From: the human T2T-CHM13v2.0 reference genome, Homo sapiens
Assembly: GCF_009914755.1 (NCBI RefSeq)
Contig: NC_060933.1
Direction: 5' to 3' (one strand)
Length of the DNA: 64,000 nucleotides
Positions 41,582 through 57,067 of the stretch are shown here, piece by piece. The notes below the pieces were generated by a model that searched no databases, was not told the DNA's origin, and saw nothing but the letters and a program-made list of their open reading frames with translations. Every line of letters begins with the position of its first letter. The first letter of the stretch is position 1. The translations under genes were made by a program, and so were the position numbers.

Positions 41582-42609
41582 GTTATTTTAAATGGTGATC
41601 AGTGCTATGGAAAAAGCAAAGTGGACAAGTTGGACAGGAGTGTCAGGACAAGGGGTTATTTGTCCTTTAAATGAATTGATGAGGAACAGCCCCGCCAAGG
41701 TGGCATTCAAACACCGAATTTAAGACATGAAGGAAGCAAGCCATGAGCTCGTCAGCTGGAAGAGGAGTCCAGGTGGCAGGAGCATCCAGTGCCAGCCTGG
41801 AGGTGGGAGAACGCTGGCAGTTTCCGGGAACACACAGCAGAGCAGCCACAGCAAATGATCCAGGGAGACCGGCCACACATGAGGCTGGGGAGTGGGTGGA
41901 ACTGCCATGTAGGGATTAAGGACCACCACGAGGACTTCAGCTTCTGCTCTGAGTGAAAGACCCTGGAGAGCTCTGACAAAGGCAAGCTGTGACTTACGTA
42001 TTTAAGGGGTCACTCCAGTTGCTGCATTGAGCACAGATTTGGAGGCCGAATATAGAAGCAGAGAAAGCAGTTAGAAAAGACGCGGCAATAACCCAGGATG
42101 GTGCACTGATTTCTACCTGGGCATCCAGGAGAACAGGGGATGGACCTAACTGTCCCACCACAAACAGAGGGAAACTGGCCCCCAGGTGCAAAACGCTTGT
42201 GTTTAGAAACTGGACACAGACAGCGCAGGCTGTGATCCCTGAGAATGGGAGCTAACGAGCTCAGCTGGATCATGGCAGCTTTATGCCTGGAGGGAATTTC
42301 AATCCACCACAGAGAGAGGAACCCAACAGAGCAAGGAGTCAGACGGCGTGGACGGGACACAGATTGGACTCTAGGCATCGCAGACGACTAGAATGTGGGA
42401 GACAAGGAAAGAGATAGGAGAGCCCTCTGCAGAGGAAGAGCTCCAGAAACATGCAGAGTGGTCCTCAAGACCATAGCTAAATACCAGTCCATGCAGACAG
42501 AGGGTGGAACTCCACAGGGCCAGAGAAAATGATGTTTGGGTAAAGAAGGATTCCAAGGAACTGAAGAAAATCAACACCCCACAAACACAGGTGCAAGAAT
42601 TAGTTGAGA

Positions 42610-43878
42610 TGCCAAGATAAGAACTGTCTTCAACAAATGGCTCTGGGACAACTGGATGTCCACATGCAAAAGACTGAGGTGGGACCTCACGCCACACACA
42701 AGCTTTCAACCAGAATGGATCAAAGACCTCAACGTAAGAGCTAAAACTGTACAACTCTAAGAAGATGTGTAAATCTCTGTGACTTTGGCTTTGACAATGA
42801 ATTCTTCTCTATACACCCAAATAGCATGCAACCAAAGGAACAGACAAATTGGACTTCATCAAAATTAAAAACTTTTGTACGTCAGTGGACACTGTCAAGG
42901 AAATGAAAAGACAAGATACAGAACGTGAGAAAATACTTGCAAATCACATATCTGACAAGAGTCGAGTCTAGTATCAACAATATATAAAATACACTTATAA
43001 CTCAACATAAAAACACAACTAGCCCAATTTTAAAAAGGGAAATGAATAGACTTTCTTCAGAGAAGATATAAAAATGACCAATAAACACCTGAAAATATGC
43101 TCAATGTCATTAGTCATTAGGGAAATGCAAATCAAAACTACAGCGAAATACCACTTCACACTCATTAGGATGGCTAGAATCACAAAGCCAGATAATAACA
43201 AGGGTTGGCAAGGATGTGGAGCAATTAGAACCCTCATGCACCACTGGTGGGAATGTAAAATGGCACAGCTGCTCAGAAAAACATAGTTTGGCAGTTTATC
43301 CAACAGTTACACATAGAATTATTTAATACCATATGACCCAGCAGTTCCACTCCCAGGTATACACCCAGGAGAAATGAAAACATATGTTCCCATGAAAACA
43401 TTTATGCACAAATGTCCCTAGCAACATTACAAAACCCAAGAAGTAGAAACAACTCAAATGTCTACCAATGGATGAATGGATAAAAAAGGTGGTATTATCC
43501 ACACAATGAAATATTATTCTGTCATAAAAAGAAAATACCGACCCATGCTACCACATGAGCAAACGTTGAAACATTATGCTAAGGGAAAGAAACCAGGCAT
43601 AAGAAACACATATATATGATTCCATTTCTATGAAGTGTCCAGAACAGGCAAGTTCATGCAGACGGGAAGTCGATGAGAGGTTCTGGGGCGTGGAGGGAAG
43701 AATGGGGGTGAGAGCAGACGGGCATAGGGACCTTTGTAAGATGATGAAGATCTCCTGGAATTAGATAGTGGTGATGGTTTCACAGCCTTGTGAATTTACT
43801 GAAACCCACTGAATTGGGCACTTTTAAAGAGTGAGTATGATGGCATGTGGAATATATATCAAATAAAAATTTTAAAAA
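42610..43878 (+). mobile_element. L1MB-type 3' portion
   Basis: ORF2 end plus 3'UTR (GAATTAGATAGTGGTGATGGTT..) ending AATAAAA. Confidence 0.85.
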
Positions 43879-44034
43879 CCACCTCCCCAGAGAAGCCTCT
43901 CCAGGCTACACAATGGAAGATGCAGCCCCTCCTCTCTCTGTCACTTCCCTGAGCTGCGCTCCATTAGGACACATCACTCCCCGGAGACACCCTGTTCATT
44001 TACTTGCAGTCCTATTGATTGCCAGTTCCCCCCA

Positions 44035-44635
44035 TGGGCAGACTGAATAATGGTCCCCTGAAGATGTCCGCATCCTCATCCCTGGCCCTGTGGATGTGTG
44101 TATGTGGTAGACTGAATAATGGTCCCCTGAAGATGTCCACATCCTCATCCCTGGCCCTGTGGATGTGTGTATGTGGTAGACTGAATAATGGTCCCCTAAA
44201 GATGTCCACATCCTCATCCCTGGCCCTGTGTCCCCCATGTGTAGACGGAATAATGGTCCCCTAAAGATGTCCACATCCTCATCCCTGGCCCTGTGGATGT
44301 GTGCATGGTAAAACGGACTTCACAGATATAATTCAGTGAAGGATCTGAGATGAACAATTACCCCAGATTATCTGGGTGGGCCCACTGTTATCACAGGGGC
44401 CCTTATAGGAGAGAGGCTGGGGAGCGAGGGAGGGAGAGAGAGGAGGGTGAGGAGAGAGAATATTTATGAACAGAAGTAGAAGAGGCTGTGCTGCTGGCTT
44501 TGAAGGTGGAGGAGGGGCCACAAGCCAAGGCATGTGGAGGCCTCTGGAAGCTGGAAATGGCAGGGACAGACTCCTGCCCAAGAGCCTCCAGAAGGAACCA
44601 GCCCTGCCAACCTTCGTTTTAGCCCCGTGAAACAT
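44035..44635 (+). mobile_element. MLT1-like MaLR LTR whose first ~69 bp are tandemly amplified x4
   Basis: GACTGAATAATGGTCCCC at 44041, 44110, 44179, 44244, followed by the MLT1 body (GGACTT..GGTGGGCCC..CCTCCAGAAGGAACCAGCCCTGCC). Confidence 0.8.
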
Positions 44636-45649
44636 ACTGAAAAGAAGAGCTGGAATGAAGCATCTGAAGTTGTCTCAGCAAAACCTGCATGCTCGGTTGT
44701 GGTTGTGGGTTTTTTGACCAACAAATGAAAGCGTTCTAAGACCCCATGCACCATCGGCTGAAGGGGAGCATGAATATCTATTCCCAGTCCCAGCCTCACA
44801 ACCAGAGGATGCGTTTCCTCACGGTTTTCTCCTGCAGCTCAAGGAGGGAAAGCATTTGGAATTATTTGACTTCTCCCCCTCACTCAGTGGAACTTTGGAG
44901 TCGTTCTTCCCACCCTTGTCAACCACAGGGCTTTCTCAGGTCTACAGGCGCGTGTGCAGATTGCTTGGGTGTGCACAGATGCAGGGAGGGCATCTCGTCG
45001 ATAGAAAATGGGATACTCTTGGGCACGGCATGAAGTGACACCACAATTCCCTAAATTGTTTGCTGTGGTTGCTCATTGGGACGTGGCACCCACTGGAACC
45101 AAGACTTTGGGAAGCCAACTGGCTGCTGTGCTTGGCCACAGACGTGGTAATGACTTCAGGGAGAATGGGGCGGGGACTGCCTGACTGATCTAGGGCTTTC
45201 AGAAAGGAAATGCCAAGGTCTGAGCTTCAGTAACAGGCAAGACAATGGAGATGTTCCATCCTGGCCTTAGAATAATATTTCATTCTTGCAGCCACAGAGC
45301 AGAAATGGCTGAAAATCAGACTCCATATTTAATAGTGTGGATTGCATGGTGAGTTGGATTCAAAAGTCGCCAAGTGTTTTATGTGAAAGTTGGGTCACTG
45401 CTTAAGGAGTGGGACCATGACACACAGAACTGGGACATTTATGTGATCTCAGATGGAAGTGAGAATCTTGATCCCCTCCCCAATCTCCCTGAACCTGCCG
45501 GGGCAGAATCACCCCCTCCTCCCCTACCCAATCCCCCTGAACCTGCCTGGGCAGAATCATCCCCTCCTCCTTTGCGTGAGGAGATGAGACTTCCCTTTCT
45601 CAGACATCTTACCCCGAGGCAGTTGTGTAGGGGTGGATTCTAGGGGCTT

Positions 45650-46650
<1,001 letters not shown>

Positions 46651-46869
46651 ACGACGTATCCAAAATGCCGTATTTAACACATTGGCTTGAGCGGTAGAGC
46701 AGCTCTCAGATGGCTTCCAGGACTGGCTGAGCTGGTGTTGAGGCCTCATTCACAGGGGCTGGGACGCCAGGATGGCCCCACATAACATGGAGAAAGGACT
46801 CTGTGCTGCAGGTGATTGAAGGGTTCCCAGGGTTTGCTTTAGGCTGGTGGGGGAAGACACAGCCATAGG

Positions 46870-47335
46870 AATGACTGTGGGACGGAGGCTTATTACACTT
46901 AGGCCCCTAGAAACAGGAGGGGCGGGGCCTCACGGAAGCACCAGGGCCTGTCTGGAGGCACCGGGCGGAGCCTGCACTGCGGTTCCCACGTTTCCCACGG
47001 GAAGGAACGGAGGAAGCAGGGTAAACAGGCTCAGGGCGGGCTGGTTTCAATAATGTCCCGGGCCCTGGGGTGTGGGGGCTGGCTGTCCCTAGCTGTCTGG
47101 TCCCTGCCCTGGGGAGGGTGTGGGCTCTGGACTGGTTGGTTTGCATATGGAAGGCACACTTACAGATGGTCCCTGCCCTGGGGAGGGTGTAGGCTCTGGA
47201 CTGGTTACCGGTTTGCATATGGAAGGCACACTTACAGACAAGTCATCTGCTATTTCTAGAAATTAGCCAACTCCTGGAGAAGCACTTTCTCCAGGGTTAG
47301 CAAGGCCCCAGATGTCAAAGTGTCCAAATTCAGAA
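46870..47335. mobile_element. Probable LTR with internal ~69-bp tandem duplication (47098-47239)
   Basis: TGGTCCCTGCCCTGGGGAGGGTGT at 47098 and 47167; LTR identity from recalled similarity. Confidence 0.45.
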
Positions 47336-47564
47336 AGTAAAGGCCATGGTTCACACAGAGAGGGTGTCGGAGACAGGTCGCGCAGTCATTTGAAGAGCAA
47401 ATTACTGTAAAGAATCCCCAGCTGGTAACAGGAGAGGGGCTACCAACGGGTAAAGAGGACTCTCAAACCACAGAAATAACAGAAATGGGAGCCAGCTCTA
47501 CCCCAGGGCTGAGGCTGCACACCGGGGTAGGAACAACCTGGAAGGTGCTCAGGCCTCTGTGGAG

Positions 47565-47845
<281 letters not shown>

Positions 47846-47859
47846 GAATTGAGTTTTTT

Positions 47860-47975
47860 TTAATATATATATACACATATATATACACACACACACACAT
47901 ACACACATATATACACACATATATGTATATATATACACATACACATATATATATACATATATACACATATATATA
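47860..47975. repeat. (TA)n/(CA)n microsatellite at the L1 tail
   Basis: Direct observation. Confidence 0.92.
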
Positions 47976-48429
47976 TTTTTATTATACTTTAAGTTCTAGG
48001 GTACATGTGCACAACATGCAGGTTTGTTACATATGTATACATGTGCAATGTTGGTGTGCTGTACCCATTAGCTCGTCATTTACATGAGGTATTTATCCTA
48101 ATGCTATCCCTCCCCCTACCCCCCACTCCACGACAGGCCCCGGTGTGTGATGTTCCCCTTCCTGTGTCCAAGTGTTCTCATTGTTCAATTCCCACCTATG
48201 AGTGAGAACATGCGGTGTTTGGTTTTTTGTCCTTGTGATAGTTTGCTGAGAATGATGGTTTCCAGCTTCATCCATGTCCCTACAAAGGACATGAACTCAT
48301 CATTTTTTATGGCTGCAGAGTATTCCATGGTGTATCTGTGCCACATTTTCTTAATCCAGTCTATCATTGTTGGACATTTGGGTTGGTTCCAAGTCTTTGC
48401 TATTGTGAGTAGTGCCGCAATAAACATAC
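47976..48429 (-). mobile_element. 5'-truncated L1PA 3' end (~450 bp)
   Basis: TTATACTTTAAGTTCTAGGGTACATGTGCAC; ORF2 C-terminus MFIAALLTIAKTWNQPKCP..MFSLIGGN. Confidence 0.95.
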
Positions 48430-48504
48430 CCCAGGGCTTCTTGAAGCGCCACTGAGCCCCAGGGCTGGATTTTCTCAAATGTCCTCTAAAGTTGTTCGCT
48501 CACC

Positions 48505-51500
48505 CTAATCGCTCCCTGGAGAGCAGGTTTCTGCAGCAAAAGGAAGCACAGGCGAGTCAGGAGACCCCAGGAATGCAGTCAGGACCGGGGCCCCTCATCA
48601 GCCACCAACTCCACCACCCCAGGAAGGACAAAGCCAGAATTAGACACAGTACAGTTACGCGCCCGTGCAATGCAGCTCTGCTGACGTCCCCATGCGGGGA
48701 CATGGGGGGCTCTGCAGGGCCATGCCTCCTACCGCTCTGCCTGGGGATGAGGATGCTCTCCGTGCTGAGTCCACGGGCTCCTGCAGCTTTCTCAAAGTCC
48801 TCCAAGGCTTCCAGGTTGTTCTCGGGGTCTCTGCCTGTGGGTGCCAGGACGAGATGCGGGTGCTCAAGGCAGCACTGGGCAGACGGCACCCCGTCCCAGC
48901 CTGGAGGCCTGAGCTAGCCTGGGGAGAGGGACCTTGCCCACGGTGGGGGGACTTGAACCCAGAGGTCCTCAGGCTGGCAAAGTGGGACCAGGGTGCCGTG
49001 CACGGCTGAGAAGGCTCCCGCAGCAGCAGAACCGGGAGAACGGGAAGGGCTCTCCGTCCATCCCCAAGCATCTCCCGGAGTGAGAATGGACTGCGGGACA
49101 GGCCCGCCCTGGAGGAAGCGCCTCTCCCCTCGGGGGCACCAGGGCACCGCCTGTCCCATTCCTCTGTCATTCACACACCCCTGGCTCCAGGGAGAACTCA
49201 GGAGCCTTCACGGGCCTCGTCCTCCGACAGGGACGGCACTGATGCGCCACCGTCTGTGGGAGCCACCGCGTCTGGAATTCAACCCCGGGAGCTGGAACGT
49301 TCTTTCCACGCAGACTCCTGCTCACATCCCCATTCCTCTCCCCTGCTGGACACCCCACAGGAACGCGCTCAAGGATGACACTGCAGGGAGCTGCCCCGGG
49401 GGAAGGCCTGGGCCACTCTGGGACACGTGTGACCTTTGAGCCCCTGTGCCGACAGCTGTGGCTCCTTCCTGCCTCTGTTGCAGAGACCGAGGCCGGGGCA
49501 TCCCAAATCCTGAACTCCAGGGTGGGAATTGGGGCCTTTATCAGGAAAACTCATCCTAAGGAAACTGCAGTGTGTTCCTGGGTCCCAGTGGCTTCTCCCA
49601 TGGGGAAGAGGGTGCAGGAAGCCGAGGGAGGAGGGAGGGTGGGTGGAGGCATGGGTTGCAGGGTGGGGGTACGGGACCCACCCACGAGCTTCGCCCCTCG
49701 GATCGGCTTCCCGTGCAGCTCACCCTCACAGTAAAAGATGTAGTGGTCCTTCATGTGCGACCTGATGATGTATGCCACGTGCTTGCCCCTGTCTGCAGAA
49801 GGACAGCAGCATAGTCCTGAATTAGCCACCGGGGCCTTCAGAGAGGATCCCGGGACAGTGTGCGTTGCCAGGCCCTGCAAGCCCCGCAGCTCCTGCACCC
49901 TTCCAGCCTCCCAGAGCTCCCTGACCCAGGTTCCCCACTGGGCCTGAGCCCTAGGCCATGGGACCCCCACTTCCCAGGAACCTGATGCACCCGAGAGGTG
50001 GCCACATCTCAAACCAGTGAGTCACGGGGGGTTCCTCCGGGTGTGAGGTCTGCGGAGGTGGGAGTTGGGGTACAGCCCCCCGCAGCCAAATATGACTCTG
50101 CTCCTGGCCCTGCCAGAGCCGCAGCTAGGGCTACAGGGAAAGCCCAGAGGGTCCACCCAGGGACAAACCCGTCACACCTGGTGTTTGGGGTCAGGTGTTC
50201 ACATTTCTAAAGCAAATTGACCAGTGGGAGAGGAAAGTGGGCTTTTAGTGGAGTCAGGGGCAGCAGGCCAAAAGGCCACCCCAAAAAGGCACTGGCTACC
50301 CCCCCACATCCAGCGTGTGTTTGAGTTTAGGCTCTGGCTTAGGCTCCGGGACTCACTGGCCGTGTATTTTCCCGGCTCGTCAGTTTTCTCCAGGATGACC
50401 TTCACCTCCTGGCACTGGCCACTTATCCTGGAAAACAGAAGCCCCCTGGCAAAGCGGCCCTGACCTGTGCCTCCCCCGGCCCTGGAGCAGCCACGCTACA
50501 ATGCCCTGCAAAGGTGGCCCTGAGTCTGCCACAGGCCCATGGAGGAGGATGCTTCTCTGCATCTCAGACCCAGGCACCAGCAGCCCCTCCGGGTCACACA
50601 TGGCAGTTCCCGGGGTCTCCTGAGGTGGCCAGGAGCTCTGCATCGCTCCTCCTGGTGGCTGCCTTCCCAACCCCCCCGCCCCCAACACATTTCCTGCCAG
50701 ATGCACCCGGGCTGCCTGGTTTGTAGGCAGTGTCTGTGGCGTGGGCCTGAGCCTCATCCCACCAGCTGCATTCTTCCTTTTAGAGACATTCAGGGACAGG
50801 CCCCATACCCATCATCATCTGGCCCAGAGAGGGAAAGGTTCAGTGAGGGGCTTTTGGGGAAAAAAAAAATCAGGGTCATTGCCAGGGTCAGTGACTTCCT
50901 AAGGGTCAGCCCCCAGGACCGGAGCACAGGCACTGCATGCCACTCAGGTGGGAGCCACGCGGGTGAAATCACACAGGTGGGAAGTCACAGATGTGAGCCA
51001 CGCGGATGGAAGCAGCACAGGTGAGAGCCGCACAGGTGAGCGCTACACAGGGACTTCAAGGGGGTCTTCTCCATGGTGTCCTATGCCCCCTCTTGGTCAT
51101 TCTGCAAGCCCCATCCCTGCGCTTCTCCAAAGCAGAAATTTACTGCCAAGACTACAAGTCTAGAGTCTGTAAGCCCTGCCTGCTGGCTCTGACTCTGATC
51201 GGGGGTAAACACCTTTTCCCAAAGGGGCCTGCACGGCACCACACATTCCCTAGTCGGAGGAGGTGGTGGGTGGTACCCAGCACTGCCCCTGATAGCCCAC
51301 AGGGGCCTCTACTCCCTCAGGTCCCCTCTAGCTGAGGCACCTCACTGGCACAGTTTGCCCTCAAGCATTGCCTGAGCAGGCAGGGCTGAGAGAGGCCTCC
51401 CAGCAGGTCTGCCCACCTCCCCAGCACCAGAGCTCTCCTGGGTGGGGAAAGGGAAGGCCCTAGACCAGGTTGCAGGCTGCCCGGCCGGCTGGCAGACACT

Positions 51501-52174
51501 CACAGCATGGTGGCCTTAGCTTCCAGGTTGCCCCCTTCCAGGATTGTGAGGGTCATGGGTGTCACCGATTCCAGATTCATCTCAGGGAGCTCCCTGTCCA
51601 CCGTCATGGCCTTCAGATACCACGTCCCTGACACCTGGAGAAAGTTCCTCTCTATCAGGCTCAGGCTGACCGCTCCAGAGCCTCCCCCTTCCCTGGCCTG
51701 CAGCCCCCAGACTCTACCGCACCCCAAGGGCTGGAGATGGGGAACATTCCCCAATCTAATCCACCCAGAAAACACCCAGCACCCTCGCCAGGTCCACCCG
51801 AAGGCTCCAGCCCCCGCAAGTTGGCCAGGACCACAGGAGCCCTCACCCCCAGGAGAGAAGTGAAGTCAGCCAGACCCCCACCCTCCTAGCCCTGCCCTTC
51901 TGCACCCCGGCCCCCTCCCAGCCCAGACTCCTGCTGTCCCATCTCACCATCTTTCAGGGCAGGGCTTTAATGCCCAACCTGAAAATGAGGGTCTCCTTGG
52001 ATGGGGGAGGGATGTGGTCTCCATCCAGCAGTCTCAGCCTCGCCCCTTGCCCCCTCCAGCCCAGCCTTCCCATCCGGGCCTCACATCCTGAATCTCCTCG
52101 TCTGAGGCCAGGAGGTGGTGGGCCTGCAGGGCAGCAATGAGGCTGAGGCTGATGGCCAGGAGCAGGGGCTTCAT
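48505..52174 (-). pseudogene. LCN1P1: LCN1P1 (lipocalin-1/tear lipocalin paralog); six coding exons intact, 176 aa
   Basis: Exons 52174-52085, 51634-51504, 50427-50357, 49792-49682, 48834-48733, 48530-48505 = 531 nt: [176 protein letters not shown]. Differs from LCN1 at positions I recall as LCN1P1-specific, and lies next to OBP2B. Confidence 0.92.
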
Positions 52175-52253
52175 CTCTGGTGTCTGAGTTCACGGCCGCC
52201 TGACAGTTCACTTGCTGGGGCTGGGAGAGGGTGTGCCACTCCCACAGCCGCCC

Positions 52254-52308
52254 TTTTTACAGCTGGGCTCAGGATCCCCTGGGGACCTAGCACAGGTGAC
52301 TGACCAAT
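52254..52308 (-). promoter_or_regulatory. LCN1P1 core promoter: non-canonical TATA TGTAAAAA (52261-52254) and inverted CCAAT (52304-52308)
   Basis: Same 80-nt spacing to the ATG as the OBP2B TATAAA. Confidence 0.6.
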
Positions 52309-53399
52309 CCCTTCCTGGATGTAAACCACGGCCAGTTCTGCAACGGAGCAGATAACGTGCCATTGTTGCTGGAGGCTGGTGAATAACAGCTTGTTAATTC
52401 CAGAGGATCATCCGGACAGGACCAGGTCCAGAGGAGCGGGTTTGCAGATTTCACCTGGGAGGAAACTGAAGGGAGTGAAGGGCGTGCAGGCCTCCTGGGG
52501 ACATGTGCGGCAGTAACAGGCGCCCCCCAGCCATCCCACATGCGCTGATGTGCACACCGTCAAGGGGGTTTGGGGTTGGAGTCCGAGGGCCGTGGGCCTG
52601 GGGCTCGGCTGAGCTTCCTGCATCTCTGGGCAGGTTACTTGGCCTCAGATTCATCATGGAAAAAAAGGGACCCTCCTGTGTGAACACGATACCGTGTGCA
52701 TTTAAGGACGGTGTCCACTGTCCTGAGCAAGGTGTGCAGTAACGACCCTCTCTGCTCCACACACAGAGCAGCAATAGGTCAGACAGACAGAAGACCAAGA
52801 CAGGTGTGTGTGTGTGTATGCAGGTGTGTACATATATACATGCACACACATGCACAAACACACACACACTCACATAAAACCAGGAATGGAGGAGAAGCAC
52901 AGGCTGGTGATGGGGCAGAGGCAGGGGCCTGTCAGTTCCAAGTCCCAAGGCAGGCAGAGAGGGCCTAGATCCAGCTCCTGGGAGTGATGGGAGGGGCTTC
53001 CCTGACTCCAGAAAGGAGGCTGAGAAACTCTCCTTGACACATCCCAGGGCTGTAACTTCTTATAACTTAGTGGAGCACTGTGGGCATAGGAAGGCAAGAG
53101 GACATCGACACAGCCTCAAGGGCAGAAGCTGAGACAAGCCGTCCTCAGAAAGGGTGACTTTATCTGTGACATCCTCCACATCACTGCAGAGCAGAAGCCT
53201 GGGACCCGGGGCAGAGGCTACGAAACACTGCTAGACAGAGGACAGTGACAACAAGATGTCGGAGAAAGGCAGAAATGCAGAGACTCAATATCCTTGCCTT
53301 GAAATAAGCTAGAAAGGCCAGGTTCCAAATTACCCAAGGCAACACCACACCAAGAAAGGCAGGCTAAAAATGAGCAATTGGTACAGGAACTTACACCAG

Positions 53400-55790
<2,391 letters not shown>

Positions 55791-55794
55791 AAGA

Positions 55795-55945
55795 CGTCAG
55801 GACAGAAGTCCTAGCTGTGAAAAGTTCTCGGTCATGAACACGCACGAATGCCCGGCCAGCTCTGCGCTCCTTCGTCAGGACAGAAGTCCTCTCTGTGTGA
55901 AAAGTTCTCGGTCATGAACACGCACGAATGCCCGGCCAGCTCTGC
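55795..55945. repeat. ~78-bp tandem duplication
   Basis: CGTCAGGACAGAAGTCCT at 55795 and 55873. Confidence 0.92.
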
Positions 55946-56491
55946 AGTCCTTTGGTGGTCACCTCGCAAAGGAGAATTGATCGGAGCTGCTGCTTACGGG
56001 GTGACACCCGTGGCAGCATCACTACACGCACATCGTGACGGCAACCGCGTGTGTCATGCAGCCCCCAACCGATGATGAGAAACCAACCTGAACCTCACGT
56101 CAGAGGGAAGGCTGTTATCTTTCCATTCTCTTTAAGAAAAATTATTTTAACACGAAGCAATAATCAAGGGGTAGCAGCCAAGAGATATAGAAAAAATAAG
56201 TTTGACAGAGGTATCCCAGGGAGTAACTAATCAAATCTTGTTTTTTTCTTCCATTTGATGATGTTTAGTGCACCTATCAGCTTTTTCATGTGCGAGCCTT
56301 GTGATTGTTTTATCACTTCAAATAAATATTTATTTTCATATCTAATTTGGATTCATATTGCTATTATTATTTAAAGTAACCCCTAAAGTTTACATATATT
56401 TTAAGCCCCACAAAATCCATCTACTCCTGCCTATATCTGTGAGTTTAATTTCCTTTTAAAATAATCTGAATATATACCAATGAGATTTTCT

Positions 56492-57067
56492 TTTTTTTAA
56501 TTTTTATATATATATTTTTTTATTATACTTTAAGTTCTAGGGTACATGTGCACAACGTGCAGGTTTGTTACATATGTATACATGTGCCATGTTGGTGTGC
56601 TGCACCCATTAACTCGTCATTTACATTAGGTATATCTCCTAATGCTATCCCTCCCCCCTCCCCCCACCCGATGACAGGCCCCGGTGTGTGATGTTCCCCT
56701 TCCTGTGTCCAAGTGTTCTCCTTGTTCAGTTCCCACCTACGAGTGAGAACATGCGGTGTTTGGTTTTTTTGTCCTTGGGATAGTTTGCTGAACTAGAAAT
56801 ACCATTTGATCCAGCAATCCCATTACTGGGTATATACCCAAAGGATTATAAATCATGCTTCCATAGAGACACATGCTCACGTATGTTTATTGCAGCACTA
56901 TTCACAATAGCAAAGACTTGAAACCAACCCAAATGTCCATCAATGATAGACTGGATTAAGAAAATGTGGCACATATACACCATGGAATACTACGCAGCCA
57001 TAGAAAACGATGAGTTCATGTCCTTTGTAGGGACACGGATGAAGCTGGAAACCATCATTCTCACCAA
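56492..57067 (-). mobile_element. 5'-inverted (twin-primed) truncated L1PA with 14-bp TSD
   Basis: Minus-strand 3' end 56492-56791, plus-strand segment 56790-57063; TSD CAATGAGATTTTCT at 56478-56491 and 57068-57081. Confidence 0.95.
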
